Counted from the first letter of the stretch, positions 12,201 to 24,700 are shown. The stretch is 64,000 bases of DNA from Entomortierella parvispora E1425 (GCA_020891255.1 BQFW01000001.1:1674001-1738000); one strand, 5' to 3'. Made by a program: numbers and translations. Notes: generated by a model from the sequence alone, not told the origin.

Positions 12201-14998
12201 AGCGAAAACAGGGATTTGAATTGGCACCGTGGATGAGCCACATAGAGTCGTCCATGTGGGCATTGCTTTATCAACTTGCACGGCTTGCCGTTGAAGTATT
12301 CTTGACGGTCATGGTACTTGTTGTGTTTCGGAAGACCCCCTTCTTCTTCTTGGTAGTGAATCGAGATCAACATAGGATCTTCTGACACTGTTGCTGGCAT
12401 CTGAAGGACTTCAATGTCATCACTATCAATCACAACCAACGACTGGTCTTTGGGAGAAAACGTTGTAGCGCTACCAAGACTTAAACCAGGAAGTAAAGTT
12501 GTCCGAGATGTGCCCCAGTTGTCGGAAATAGTGAGGGCTAGCCCGCGTTTATCAGGATCGAGCTTGACCTTCTCGATCTTGAAGCGGAGACCAATCTCGT
12601 CATCTTCATACGTCAGGATGTTATCCTTCACCTCCTCTAGATTGGCCAGGCACTCGTCGTTACAAGGATTGGGCTTCCACAGGTTCGGACCAAGTAAAGA
12701 GTTGTCATTCACTATCGATTCAAAATTTGAGTTGTTTTCTGTCATGTGCACTACAGCAGCTTGGAGTCCGGGATCACGCAGTCGATACGTCTCAGTCAAA
12801 TCCTCGCCATCAAGGACGCTGCCTTTGTCGGTATGAAATTGCTCATGCCTCCCATTCACAGGCCGAATGGCACTAGAACGATATTTGATTGCCAGCCGCG
12901 CGCCTGTTGCTGAACAATATGATACTATAGAGTCTTGCCTGGTTTCCAGGAGAAACGCGGCGTCCTTGGAGAGGGCTATAGTACTCATCATATCCCAGTG
13001 ATGGCGGTCAGTCTTGATAATGCACTGGACCCGACCAGTGTCAATATTCCAGACAGAGATGCTTTTGTCGCTTTCATCTCGACTGAGAAAGAGCCGCCCT
13101 TGAATGGATCGCAGATTGTTCACGGTAACCGTCCAGATGTGCTTCCAGGGTCCTTGAACGCTGAAAATTTTGACGCAGTCCTTTGTCAGAATCAATATCC
13201 TCTCTTCCTCTGGATCGTAGTGTTCGCGGCCCTTTGCCCCGCTATGGAAGGTTGCGGCTCCATCCAGGTCCTCGTTTTTCAAGGCGTCGAGGTTGGTCGA
13301 GCTCCTAAGCTTTAACGGTTGGTTTGAGAGAGTGGCACTCGCTGGGTTGATCTCAAACACCTTCAACATCTGGTCTTCGTCGTAGAGGGCGACTTGCTTT
13401 CCATCCCACGATATTGAAAGCCACGGAATGGTGCTGCTTTGAAGGACGATTGTTTGCGAGATGGCACAGGGCCTTGCTGAACGGTTGCGCAGGCCAGTTA
13501 CCGATTGTTGTAAATTCGGTATCTCCTGAGTCATATTGTTCAAGTCCCAAATCTCGAGAATTGTGGATCTGTATGTGACCAGATAGTTACCACTTTCAGA
13601 GATTGCGTAGGCCGAAGTGTCTGCCTGGCTCTGATTAATCTTGAGATCGACACTCCACTTCCAGCGCGGGCGATGGATTCGAGCAGTGGCGTCTACAGGA
13701 TCATAGGGTCATAAGGAATTCAATTCACGTTTTTTTTTTTTTTTTGCGCATCAGTCAATTTCTTCAACACGATACCTGTTACCCAATCCCTTGTTCCTTC
13801 TGGATGTAATTCCAAGTGGTGGAGATAGATTACCCTAGGTTGAAAGTTTCCAGACACAGGCTTGAGAGTAAAGTCGATCCTCCATTGAAACGAGCGATTC
13901 CCCGGCGACTCAAACTTTAGGAGACTATCAAATTTCCAAAGCAAAGTACCTTTCTCGCCATCACGAACTAAGAGAAAAGAGGGATGCGGGGGAAATATTG
14001 AGATGGTCAGATATTCACTTGAATAAGAAGCCACAGGCAGTCATATTTCATTCAATTGCTTCACTGAACCAGGCTGTTCGTACACATCTCATCTAAAGAC
14101 TCGGCCTCAATCACCTAAACACAATGTCCATGAACGCTTCTCCCGTAAGTCTTGATGTTGATGTTGCTTTTCAAAAAAGATATCCCAGCTTCCATCCAAC
14201 GATAAACAAAGCTCTCTTTGCAACTAACCTCACAATTGTTATGAAACTGGATGGTGATCATCTCAATGTCGGGAATGCACAAGTTTTGGGAGGTGGACAC
14301 TCCTATGACCACTTCGTACTTTTGCTCATGGTCCAAACCATCAACGTCCACCTGTCCCTGGTTCATAAATCAGCGCAACTGGTAAGATTTACCATTCCCG
14401 GAAACAAAGAGCGAGGGACGTGCTGCAACTTACAGACACCGCCTGGAAGCGATCGACAGCCACCGCAGATGATCCACTATTAGCAATTAGGATAGAACGT
14501 CAGCGTGTTGCTTCAAAAATAAGAATGGTCATGCATCTCTCTGGTTCGATGGCTCGTGCGACGCTCTCTTAGTTACACTGTGGTGCATTCTAGCTGAATT
14601 AATCTGGTTCTGTCTATCGATGCAGGATAACAGAACCCAATGGTTCTGTCCATCGATACAAGACGAAAGAACCGACGGACTGTGGATTGAAACAAACGAA
14701 AGAGTTGAAGTTAGACCGGCCAGGCAGACTTCAGTCTACACATTGTAAGGAGCTTTAGACCAGACCAGACTCCTTGTCAGGACTCACAATAACTTGAGCT
14801 CGACCCTTGGGAGACGCTCTCGTCGTTAATGTCAATGGCACTCGGCTGATCGGAAGGCGGCTGAATGGTGAGGGCCTCGACTTGACTATCACTATTGTCG
14901 CCGGGGCCATCATCCCTGAGCGGATCAGGCAGCGGATTGGCAGATGGTGCGGACGCGTCTTCGTCTATGACAATGACGGTCGATACTGGCCGGGACAT
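9254..14998 (-). CDS. WD40-like repeat + TRP-like (ion transport domain) channel protein, multi-exon; 5' exons approximate
   Basis: Large exon 11312-13600 with WD40-like repeats (LEIWDL, WDGKQVALY, ISVWNIDTG); transmembrane exons (WYTLGFYTWLTRFMLQCFYYLLV; YNLVDVVVFALP; LFELRVNRAVCQFVTVIVQIFSKIRVFF; pore-like FSATFFFM/AGKYDPI; MMIIYLFFTVILMLNVLIALINVAF) and post-S6 TRP-like WHLVFLENRLWYIESAENMSY; frames join at GT-AG introns. Confidence 0.8.
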
Positions 14999-15321
14999 GT
15001 TAGTGAGCTAGGCAAGACAAGAAACGGATAGAAAATGAAGGAAGGAAGGTAATAGCCGAAGGAGAAGGGAAAGAATAAAAAGGACAAAAGAGCACATCCG
15101 GTCAAGAAAGGAAGCCTCAGACGGCCCCTAAACTCAGTGGCAAGGCAAGGCAAAGCAAATCAAATCTTCATTTTTTTTTTTTGTCTTTTCATAGCCACAC
15201 GTTTGACTGCACGATGTTTTGGCAAAGCTGCAGTCCGAGCCCATCTCCCTTTCTTTCTTTTGTCTGGTCTGTCTTTTTCTTTGTTCCCACACTGCACCCC
15301 ACCGCTCCCGCAAAAGACACA

Positions 15322-17211
15322 ATGGCCAGCTCCCAGACTTGAGCTGCTCAACGCCCAGTCCCTGCTACGTCCCAACAAACAAAGAGCCGCGGATGACAAC
15401 ATCCAACTCGGCAGTGGCTATAACCAGATTTCGGATGAACTCAGCAAGAATAAGCTCGATTCTGCCAACTTTGATGCCATCGAAACCATCTACTTTGACA
15501 ACAATGTCGAGTACAGCTCTTCGGAGTCAAAGTGCAACCAAGGATCGACACGCCATGCCGATGGCTCTCTTGATGTCAAACTTGTTCCCTTCTCTGCTCA
15601 AGTGGCCACCTCATACAAGGACAAAAGGGAACTTGACATTGGTCACGCGAAGATGCGTCGTGAAGAAACGATGCGAACGAATCCGACTGAAGCACGACTG
15701 TCATTGGGACGATGCCTCGATTGGTGACTACGGCACTGCGTATTTCTCAGATATTTACTATGGTGGGGTCTTCACCATTGAGATGGAGACGCAGTTGAAT
15801 GATACCGTGGATAAAATAGATATCCAGGGAGAAGTCACTGCAGGATATGGTGGCCAATTATGGGCGAAAGCCAACGCCCGTTTTAACAAAGAAGACTCAC
15901 AGGACTCCAACGTTTCTTTGAGGTGCAAAGGGAGGGGGTTTTTTTAATCTAACAAATGAGTGCTTCACACTAGAGAGTGCTTGACCGCATCAAATGCGAA
16001 TGCCTAGAAGACGTGGTCACAGGTGAAAGGATGCTCTGGGAGGCAGCTGATAAAGTGGGGATCATTGCCTTTGGGAGGGAAAGCGTTGGCAAAAGTCGAC
16101 ATCCAAAACATATTTTTCCTGTCCATCGTCTGATAACCACGGTACTCGGAAGGCAATTGAGAAGATCTACATTCTGGAGAACAAGAACCGTGTAGGGCTT
16201 TACGACACCCCAGATCTGAGTCCGAGCTATTTAAAAAACTCTGAACAAAACGCTGAATATCTAGTCGAGAGACTGCCAAAGGGAAAACACCTTAAAGTGT
16301 GTCTGGTGGGAAGAGCCGGGTTCAGTGGTATCAATGCCATTTCGGCGATAGGACTGCTCTTCAAATATCTTGCTAGCAAGTCGTATGGCTACGGATCCGT
16401 ACTCAGTTCGGGAAATGGCCCTGTCAAGGTAACGGTGATCGTCAACATGTATGATGGAGAGTACCTCGACCGGTTGACGGCCACCGATTTCAGAGAGATG
16501 TACCAAGCTATTGTCAAATCAATTTCAGTCCACAAAGTGCGTTTTACAATTCAGCAAATGATTACTGTTGCGGAATCGCTGGCATCAACAGCGGACCGCC
16601 TTGTGGAACTCGTCAACAGCGAGGCCGAGACAAAAGAGTTGAAGTTCAGACCTCCTTCCGCTCGGGAGTTTGATCCTGCCCTCAAAGCCATGCCCTTATC
16701 AAACGAAAGCATTGTGTATGTGGATCAGGCTTCTTTCTTCCTGAGGTGTCTTGCGCCAAATCCTGTTGACTTGACAATTCCTCTTCACTTGGGAATTGCG
16801 TTGACGATTGCTGGGCTTAGAATCAAACAGAGATTAAAGTCAATTGACCATGAGCCGACCGCCGAAAGGATAATCCCAGTGTACGTTATAGAAGCAAACG
16901 GTAATGCTCTCTTCCATTTCAAAGAATAGTCCCCGCAGCCTGCAGAATAAAAAAAGCTAGTATCAAACTATCTAGTTTCCATCGAGTACAGGGCACAAAA
17001 GCTGCGTAGGATACCTGGCGCGACTGAAGAGGACATTGCTTCCATTCACAGGCTGGATTGGAAGAGCAAGAGCCAGACCTATGGCGATCGATGTCCATGT
17101 ACAATTCCTGTCAACAGGATGAGGTCTACGTCAACTGAATCGACAAACCTCAATCAAATGCTCTCCAGACACGTCAAGAAGAAGAAAAAAAAAAAGTACG
17201 ATGATGTGTGA
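15322..17211 (+). pseudogene. Frameshifted gene with an N-terminal MACPF/CDC-like pore-forming region and a degenerate P-loop GTPase-like region
   Basis: ATG in strong context at 15322 reads MASSQT* but an adjacent frame continues LELLNAQSLL..QLGSGYN; another frame carries YGTAYFSDIYYGG (MACPF signature Y/W-G-T/S-H-F/Y-X6-GG with H>A); later IIAFGRESVGKS(T) and YDTPD lie in different frames. A putative last exon (intron about 16901-16975) ends at TGA 17209-17211. Confidence 0.55.
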
Positions 17212-17227
17212 AAGAGATCTATATTTT

Positions 17228-19030
17228 TTATGAGCGGCTCTTCTCCTGCTTGGACTTTTTGGCCGTATGGAGTTCCATCTCTTCTGCATACCGCTGCTTA
17301 TCCTGGGCCGCCTTCTTTTCCCATGGCCTTTTGTCCGCCTCAGACATCTCGGCCCACATCTTGGCCGCTACCTTTGGGATGGCCTCATTAGGATACTGCT
17401 CTCGGATCTTGGCGCTTTCACTGGATCGAAAGTAGAGAAAGGAACCAATGGGGTGCTTAGGGGCACCAGGCTCCTTGGCTTTCTTCTTGTTCCCGCGACC
17501 CTTGGTTCCCTTGCCGTTGATGGCCACGTCTCCACCCTGGTGACTGTTGTTGCCATCGTGAAGACCATTGCTAGCTGTAGCGTCCATACTGCCGGGTCGG
17601 ATGTTGTGGTTGTTGTTATTGTTGTTGTTGACCGGAGCATTCATAGGGGTCATCACCGGTGGCTGAGAGATGGCCTGCACATTGATATTGTTGTTGCTGT
17701 TGCTGTTGTTGTGGGCGTTCGCTCCGCCATGTCGACCAGCTCCTGCTTTCCCTGTGCTTGTATGGGAGGGTATCGATGAAGTCGCGGGTGTGGCTACGGG
17801 TGCTGATGGCGCAGTCGTAGTGGTAGTCGTGGGGGTCGATGACCCTTGTCCCGAAGCTGAGGATCCCGTTGCAGAGGAATTAGTACCGCTCCCAGCGCCA
17901 CTGCTGCTACTGCCAACGCGACGACGATGAGCACCCGAAGCTGCGATCTGGGCTTTGCTTCGACGGGAGTAGACATAGTTTGGATTCTCCTCCATGAAGC
18001 TCTTCTTGATGATCGCCGCCTTCTTGGTATATTCCGATTTCATCTCTGGGGTCATCTTGGCCCATTTTTGACCAATTGCCTGTGAAATCTCACTGACGGT
18101 CAAATTGGCATTCTCGAGCAAGAGCTTGTGGCGCATCTCCTGATTAAAGATCAAGTACGAGTTCATGGGCCGCCTAGGTCGGTTGGGATCCAGACCTGTG
18201 CTGGGGGTATAGCTAGTACCTGTCTCAACCTGCCACACAAGAGATTTTCATAATGTAATGTTAATCACCAAGTTCAAAACAAAAAAAAACCTCCCTCCCT
18301 CCCTCAACAGCTATGGCGCTGGCTTCCACATTCATCAACACTTACAGGGGCAGCAGCCGCCTTGGCCTTCTTGGCAGCACCTTGATCAGCTTCTGCAGCA
18401 GCTCGCTTTTTCGACATTCGAGTGTACACGTAGTCTGGGTTGGTTCGGTTGAACAGATCCTTGATATCCTTTGCGCGATCGGTATAAGTACTCTTTCGCT
18501 CCTATAGTTCAAAGGAAAAGAAAAGAAAAAAAGGAGTAATTGTTAGAATCCGTCAACGAGTAAATGCCTCTGGGCATCATTCATCCAAGTCAATCATAAA
18601 ACTTACAGCTGACATCTCCTGCCATTCCTCTCCAAGACGCTTACTGAGAGCAGCGGTCTTAAGTTCAGGATAGAGTTTCTGAAGCTCAGGGCGGCGAACA
18701 CTCGAGAAGACCAAGAAAGCATTTGGAGGCCGTTTTGGTTTCCCAGAAGGATGCACGCCAGGTACCGATAGGGGCAACGCAACAGGTGGCGGGTTGTAGT
18801 ACTGATGCGACTGCTGCTGTTGCTGTTGAGCTTGAGCCTGCAACTGTGGCTGCTGTTGTTGCTGCTGGTGCTGTTGTTGCTGAGGTGTCTGGATCTGCTG
18901 TGTGCCAGAGGGCTGCGATGGATTAGAGCCGGGCATCTGCTGGCGCTGTATTTGGTGCTGCCTCAAAAGCGCCTGTTGCTGCTGCTGTTGTTGCAATTGA
19001 AGCTGGTGCATCTGCGATGGAGGCTGCTGT

Positions 19031-19062
<32 letters not shown>

Positions 19063-19114
19063 TTGCATCTGAGCCTGAAGCTGCTGCTGCTGCTGCAACA
19101 TCTGCGCTTGAGCT

Positions 19115-19147
<33 letters not shown>

Positions 19148-19756
19148 AGTTGCTGCTGAGCCTGTTGCTGTTGTTGCTGCTGAGCCTGTTGTTGCTGAAG
19201 CTGCTGACGTTGCTGTTGCTGCTGCTGTTTCGTCAGTTTCTGGGAGGACGTGGGGGGTAGGGCAGGCATCACGGTTCGCGCCAATGGTGTAGCCATATTC
19301 AGATCAGGAACTACGACCGGCGCCACTTCCTCTGGCACCTTCTTTTTTCTTCCTCGTCCTTTGCCCTTGGGCCTATCAGTGTCCGTACCAAGCGCAGGGG
19401 TCAAGATTGGTGCGGTTACTGAGTGGGTTGGTGGGAGTGAGACAGGCTGGGAGACAGGCTGCGCAAAGGTGCGAGGCGTTACATCCATGCTTTCGTGTCT
19501 TTGGTGTCTAAGAGACTGCTGCTGCAAAGGCGGCTGTACCAAAGGCTGGTGTTGTTGCTGTTGCTGCTGCTGCGCCTGCTGCTGATGTTGCTGATGTTGC
19601 TGGTGTTGCTGAGGATGCTGTTGTTGCTGTTGGTGTTGTTGATTTGGTTGATACTGATGCACACCATGCTGCTGCTGTTGCTGCTGATGCTGTTGCTGTT
19701 GTTGCTGTTGTTGCTGTTGCTGCTGCTGCTGCTGCTGCTGTTGTTGTTGTTGATGG

Positions 19757-19797
<41 letters not shown>

Positions 19798-21794
19798 GAG
19801 TTGGTTCTGGAGCATTTGAGGTTGCGAGGGCTGATGCTGCTGAAAACTTGGGTATTGCTGTTGGTGTTGAGCCAAAGAAGCAGGTGTCAAAGAGTTGCTG
19901 TACATTCGGTTGTGTCCACTCATGGCAGTCGAGTCCATGCCTCCGTATGCGGTTGGGGAAGGCATTGGTTGTGCAATATTTACAGCTTGCCGTCCTGCCT
20001 CCGGTGATGGCACATTATCCATGCTGATCTTGGTATTCTTTTTGCTTTGAGCAGCCGACTTCTTTGGCATTGCGGTCTTTGGCATTTTCGATTGCTTCTT
20101 CTTAGGGTCCAGCTCGAGCGCCACCGCCTTTGGAGGAGGCAACTGAGGTGACTCCTTGGGTGTGATAACAGACTGGCTAGGAGGTGTCGACTGTTGGTGG
20201 TGTTGATTGTGCGACTGAGGCTGTGGAAGAATAGCATGGGGTGATGGATACTGCTGTTGGGGCGACTGTTGCGTCGAGTGGTATGAGTATGGCGACTGAG
20301 GCAATGGCTGCTGAAGATGCCGTGAAGGTTGTTGTTGCTGCTGCTGCTGCTGCTGTTGCTGTTGCTGAGGGTGGGAGGGGTTATTTCCAGCCAGACTAGC
20401 TCCAAGCATGATGTCGCTCTTGATGCCCATGGCCGAGGTGGCAGCCCTCTGGTCATACGCAGACAAGGGCTGGTTTTGTGGTATCGCTGCAGAATTATTT
20501 CCCAAAATATGACTATTGGACCCAGATCGGACATCGTGTTGAAGTCGATTAGGAGCAACAGGGTTGGGTCCAGGTCTTGAAGGCTGGTATCGGCTGATTG
20601 GCTGCATTTGATTTCCATGTGGTGTCCCATTCAGAGGAGAATAGACCTCCAGCGGACTACTTCCTTCATTTGACAGCAAGTTTCCTCCCTATATTAACAG
20701 GACAATACGATTAGTTCAGGAAATATAGAAGGGCAGACATCTGTTCGCACATATTTCTCCAAAAGACCGAAGAATGTTACCTCGTCCTCTGCACCATATG
20801 CATTTCGTAGGTTGGAGATATTGGGCATTCCAAAATTGTTTGCCGAACCAAAGTTAGAGTTTGGTCCAGTAGAAAGCGGCTGATCCAAGTAACCACGACC
20901 TCCTAATGAGTTAACGCCACCGAGCGGGGTTGAGGGTTTAAGCCCTGGTCCCGACAATCCAGGCTGAGTGGGTGTCTGTTGTTGACGTGGAAGCTGTGAA
21001 GCTGGAGATACGACGGCAGGCGAAAACCCATGCGATCCTCCTTGGTGACTTGATGGGTGGTGGGAATTATAGGCCGCCTGCTGTTGCTGCTGTGGTTGCT
21101 GTTGTTGTTGTTGCTGTACTGGGGCCTGCTGTGCCTAAAGAAGATTATAAAAATAGAAATGTCAATCAATCGGTAAATCAATTTTTTTCTGCGCCATGGC
21201 TCTGGAGGGCCTCGGTAAATGTTGAATACCGCTACTTACTCGAATATGAGCAGGTGCCTGGCTGTGAGGTGGAAACAAAAAGGCCTGGTGTTGAAGCTGT
21301 GGTGGTGGCTGTTGCTGCTGCTGTTGTGGCTGCGTTGGTTGAGAATATTGCGAAAGTGAGAGCGAAGCTTGCGAGGCCGAGTGATGTGGTTGAGGTTGGG
21401 GTTGTGCCATGATGTGAGAGAGCTGTCCATTGGGGTGAGTCTGACCAAAACCTGCCATATCTGTTGGGTTGCTCCAGGTCCCGCTTGACATGTTTCCGTA
21501 CGGCAGCCCACTGCTTTGACGAGCATCCCTGTTGTCAAACTTGTAGCTGTTTGTGGCAATGTTACTCAGACCAAAGGCATTGTTGTTATTGTTGCCACTG
21601 TTGCTGTTGGCATTGTGGTGCAAATGAGCAGCGTACTGCTGTTGTTGCTGCTGACTGTTGTGAAGACCCGAAATCTGGTTGGTAGCTCCTGGACCCGCGC
21701 CAGTATTGTTATTCGCCTGTTGAGGATGTGGTGCATATGGTCGCGCGGCAGCAGAGCCAAACGGTCCGTGCGGATTGTGGCTGTGATATGCCAT
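17228..21794 (-). CDS. PolyQ-rich transcription/chromatin factor with three HMG boxes
   Basis: HMG1 KPKRPPNAFLVFSSVRR..LSKRLGEEWQEMSA|ERK..NPDYVY; HMG2 RPRRPMNSYLIFNQEMR..ISQAIGQKW..NPNYVY; HMG3 APKHPIGSFLYF..VAAKMWAEMSEADKRPWEKKAAQDKQRY; upstream Q/N/H-rich exons join in frame from ATG 21794. Confidence 0.88.
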
Positions 21795-24700
21795 TGAAGA
21801 ATTGAATTACAAGTGTACCTGTAAATGGGAATAAAACAAAACGAAGGAGGTGAGCAAAGCAACGCACTAAAAAACATCCACTGCGCCTTGTTGACGATTT
21901 CATGTCAGGGGGAAGATGATGTTCCAGAAGCCCGAACACACACAGAGACAGAGAGAAAGAAAGAAGACACACGCACGCTCTGGGACAGCATAGGACGATG
22001 TTAACGGTACAACCGTTTGGTTTGAGCTTCCCTCCCAGATTCTCTTGTAGAAAAACAGAGACGACATAAACAACAACACAGCAAATTTTGACATGTCCCT
22101 GTTATTAGATAACAAAGAAGGGGCTTCAAGGGCAGTAACCATGTCAACAGCACGTGTCGACAAGGAGATCGGCAACCGCAAAAGCTGTTGAACCGACTGC
22201 GGTGTCAATTGAATTTAAGGTGGCAGAGGTCAGACGTCGCAAGACGATGGGCTGGGGCTGCAGATTGAGAGAGAGCGAGAAGTAAAGCCCATCCCATCCC
22301 CTCCTAACTGCACATAGGGGGCGCCATGCTCTCTCTCTCTCTCGCTCTCGCTCTTTCCCTGTCCTGTGCTCGATTTTCCCAAAGAAAAAAATATTGTTCA
22401 ATTCAACAGCCGAGGCCAGTGAGGCCGATACGCCGACGACAGTCCTTGTTCACAGCCCCAAACAAAGCTCAAAGGCGAAGAAAGAGCGTACACTGCGACC
22501 GAGGAACACACACAAGAACACCCAACAGAATCGGCCGAGATACCATGACTCGGTCAGGGGGTGCACACGAAAGACACCAAAAAAAAAAAAAAAAAAAAAA
22601 GGACTTACGCAACGGGGTAAAAATGAGTTCCTGGGAAGTGTACGTTTTGGCTGTGCGAAAATGGGAATGGTAGCGATTTGGCAGCGATGAGGATGATGAC
22701 GATGCAGAGGAGAATAGATGATGCAGGCGTAGCGATTGGGATGGCGACTATTGATGGATGAGCATGGGTGGGGTATGGTTAGTCAGTAGCAGGGAGAGGG
22801 GCGCGCGGGAGTGCAATGTAGACTCTCAACACAGCATGAAGCCTCGAGGAGGGAGGGATGGAAGGGCAATGCCAATCCGTGATTGGTGGTGATGGGAGGG
22901 AGGGTTTGTTCTTTGTTTGTTGGCAGCCAAGGACCAAGGAGTGCCATGCAAAAAAAGGAGTGAGTGAAAGTCAAGTCAGTTACCGTCAAGTCAGTCCTCA
23001 GTCAGTCAGTCAGTCAGTCAGTCTTTCAGTCGAAAAGAATAAAAAGGAAGAGTGAATAGGAATGAGAAGATGGCGGCCGTGATTGAATAAGGGATGGAGC
23101 AACAGTTGAAGTGAAGGAGGTGTTTCTTCTTTGCTTGGCTCACTTTCTTTCGCTGGTCTCCTCTCTCTCTCTCTCTCTCGCTCTCTCTCCCCTTCTCGCC
23201 CCCCGTCTCGCCTCGACGCAATTCAATGGAGTAAACAACACGCCAGACACACAGCCAATCACAGCAAGGACGTCACGCCGCCGTGTCTAAGCCACCGGTT
23301 TCGGCTCTGTTCTATTCAATGCCTTCTTCGGGCATGGAACCAAAAGAACAATGAATACTGTAGGTCCCTGCGCCGCGTCTTGTTGTTCTTGTTGTTGTTG
23401 TTGTTGTTGTTGTTGTTCTTTCTCGAAAGGATACCATCACGGTGTACATGTACAGCATCTGTCAACGTCCTGTTTCCTGTTGGATGACGAAAATGTCGTT
23501 CCTGTCCTACTGTTTGTTCATCTTGGCTTTGCAAACGTCCCCTCTCGCAGTGTGGACAGATTGTGTCGCTTGAGGCTAGCTCTTCTTGTTTTATGTTACC
23601 GAAATCTCGACCTTGGATCCAGGTCCGGGCCTAGCTAGATCTGGAGAGCAATAGCTGCCCTCGGCTGTGACGCAAATCCCCTTCCTTCACCCCCCACACT
23701 CGTTCTTTCTTGTTCTTCCGCTCATTGCAAGGATTATTAGGCCACAATGCATCAACCCTGTTTTTAGTAGATTGGAACGCGATATGTAGGAGGCTTTTCG
23801 CAATCCGTTCAGAGACTATGAGCAGATCAGTGCTGAATCACAAAACGAAAAGAGCGCGTTAAAACGGGGAAGGTCAAAGTGGGGAATGAGGCCAAGAAAA
23901 AAAAAAAAAAGTGTGCCCCGGCGATCGGGCTTCAGATCTCAGATCTCAGAGAGAGTTTATCGTAATCATTGTTCATTTTTACTTTAATGTTCCACGCGAA
24001 TTGCTCCTGAACATGTCCACTCAATGGGCAGGCTCCCCAATTCTCCACTTGTTCCTTTCTATTGGTTTGCAACACTTCCTTCTGTCGATCACATCTCGAG
24101 GCTTTTAAATGAGATTGAGAGTTTCGTGCAACTTTGCTCGCACCGTTTCAACAGCAGCGATCGAACAACAACAAACAAAAAAGAAAAAAAGAAAAAGATT
24201 AAATAATAATAATCAAAAAAAAAAAATTGAAAGGTGAGCCGGGCCCTCTTCTTGAACTCATTACCGCCACCTCCAAGAAGGTCCCTTTTTTCCCTTCTTT
24301 TGCGGTCTGGCGAAATGACACCAGTGCACAGTGTAACAAACAACTGCCTCACTTTCAGGATTTTTTCCCTTTTTTTTTTATTTTACAATGGTATGTAGTT
24401 CCGTACGTTAAATGGAGACATTATGATGCAAGAGAAAGAGCTGGGGTATAAGGATTGACTATGTACAGGAGGAGGCGAAGGCACCTTGGTTGCAATAAAG
24501 CTATGTATGTACAACAGAGCTTCAAAAAAAGAAAAACTGGTCGAGACCATGCCTTAATTAAAGATTGAACTGGCAAGAACTGGGTTGCTCGAGGGACAAT
24601 GGTCCGATGAACTTGTCACTTGTCATCTGTACCATCACAACAAAAAATTCAGGACCCTGCCCATTTCTCGCTACAAAGGGGAGATTGATATCAGTTGCCT

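Noticed and set aside
18723-20580. Long plus-strand poly-Leu, poly-Ala/Val and poly-Cys ORFs
   Set aside because: Alternative-frame antisense readings of the polyQ region of the HMG gene.
17228-21794. HMG gene as the mating-type (sexM/sexP) locus
   Set aside because: Mucoralean sex genes are single-HMG and flanked by triose-phosphate transporter and RNA helicase genes; neither is adjacent here.
22000-24550. Hidden ncRNA or mobile element in the large intergenic region
   Set aside because: Only simple repeats (CT, CAGT, TTG, A-runs) and short palindromes; no tRNA boxes, terminal repeats or transposase/RT motifs seen.
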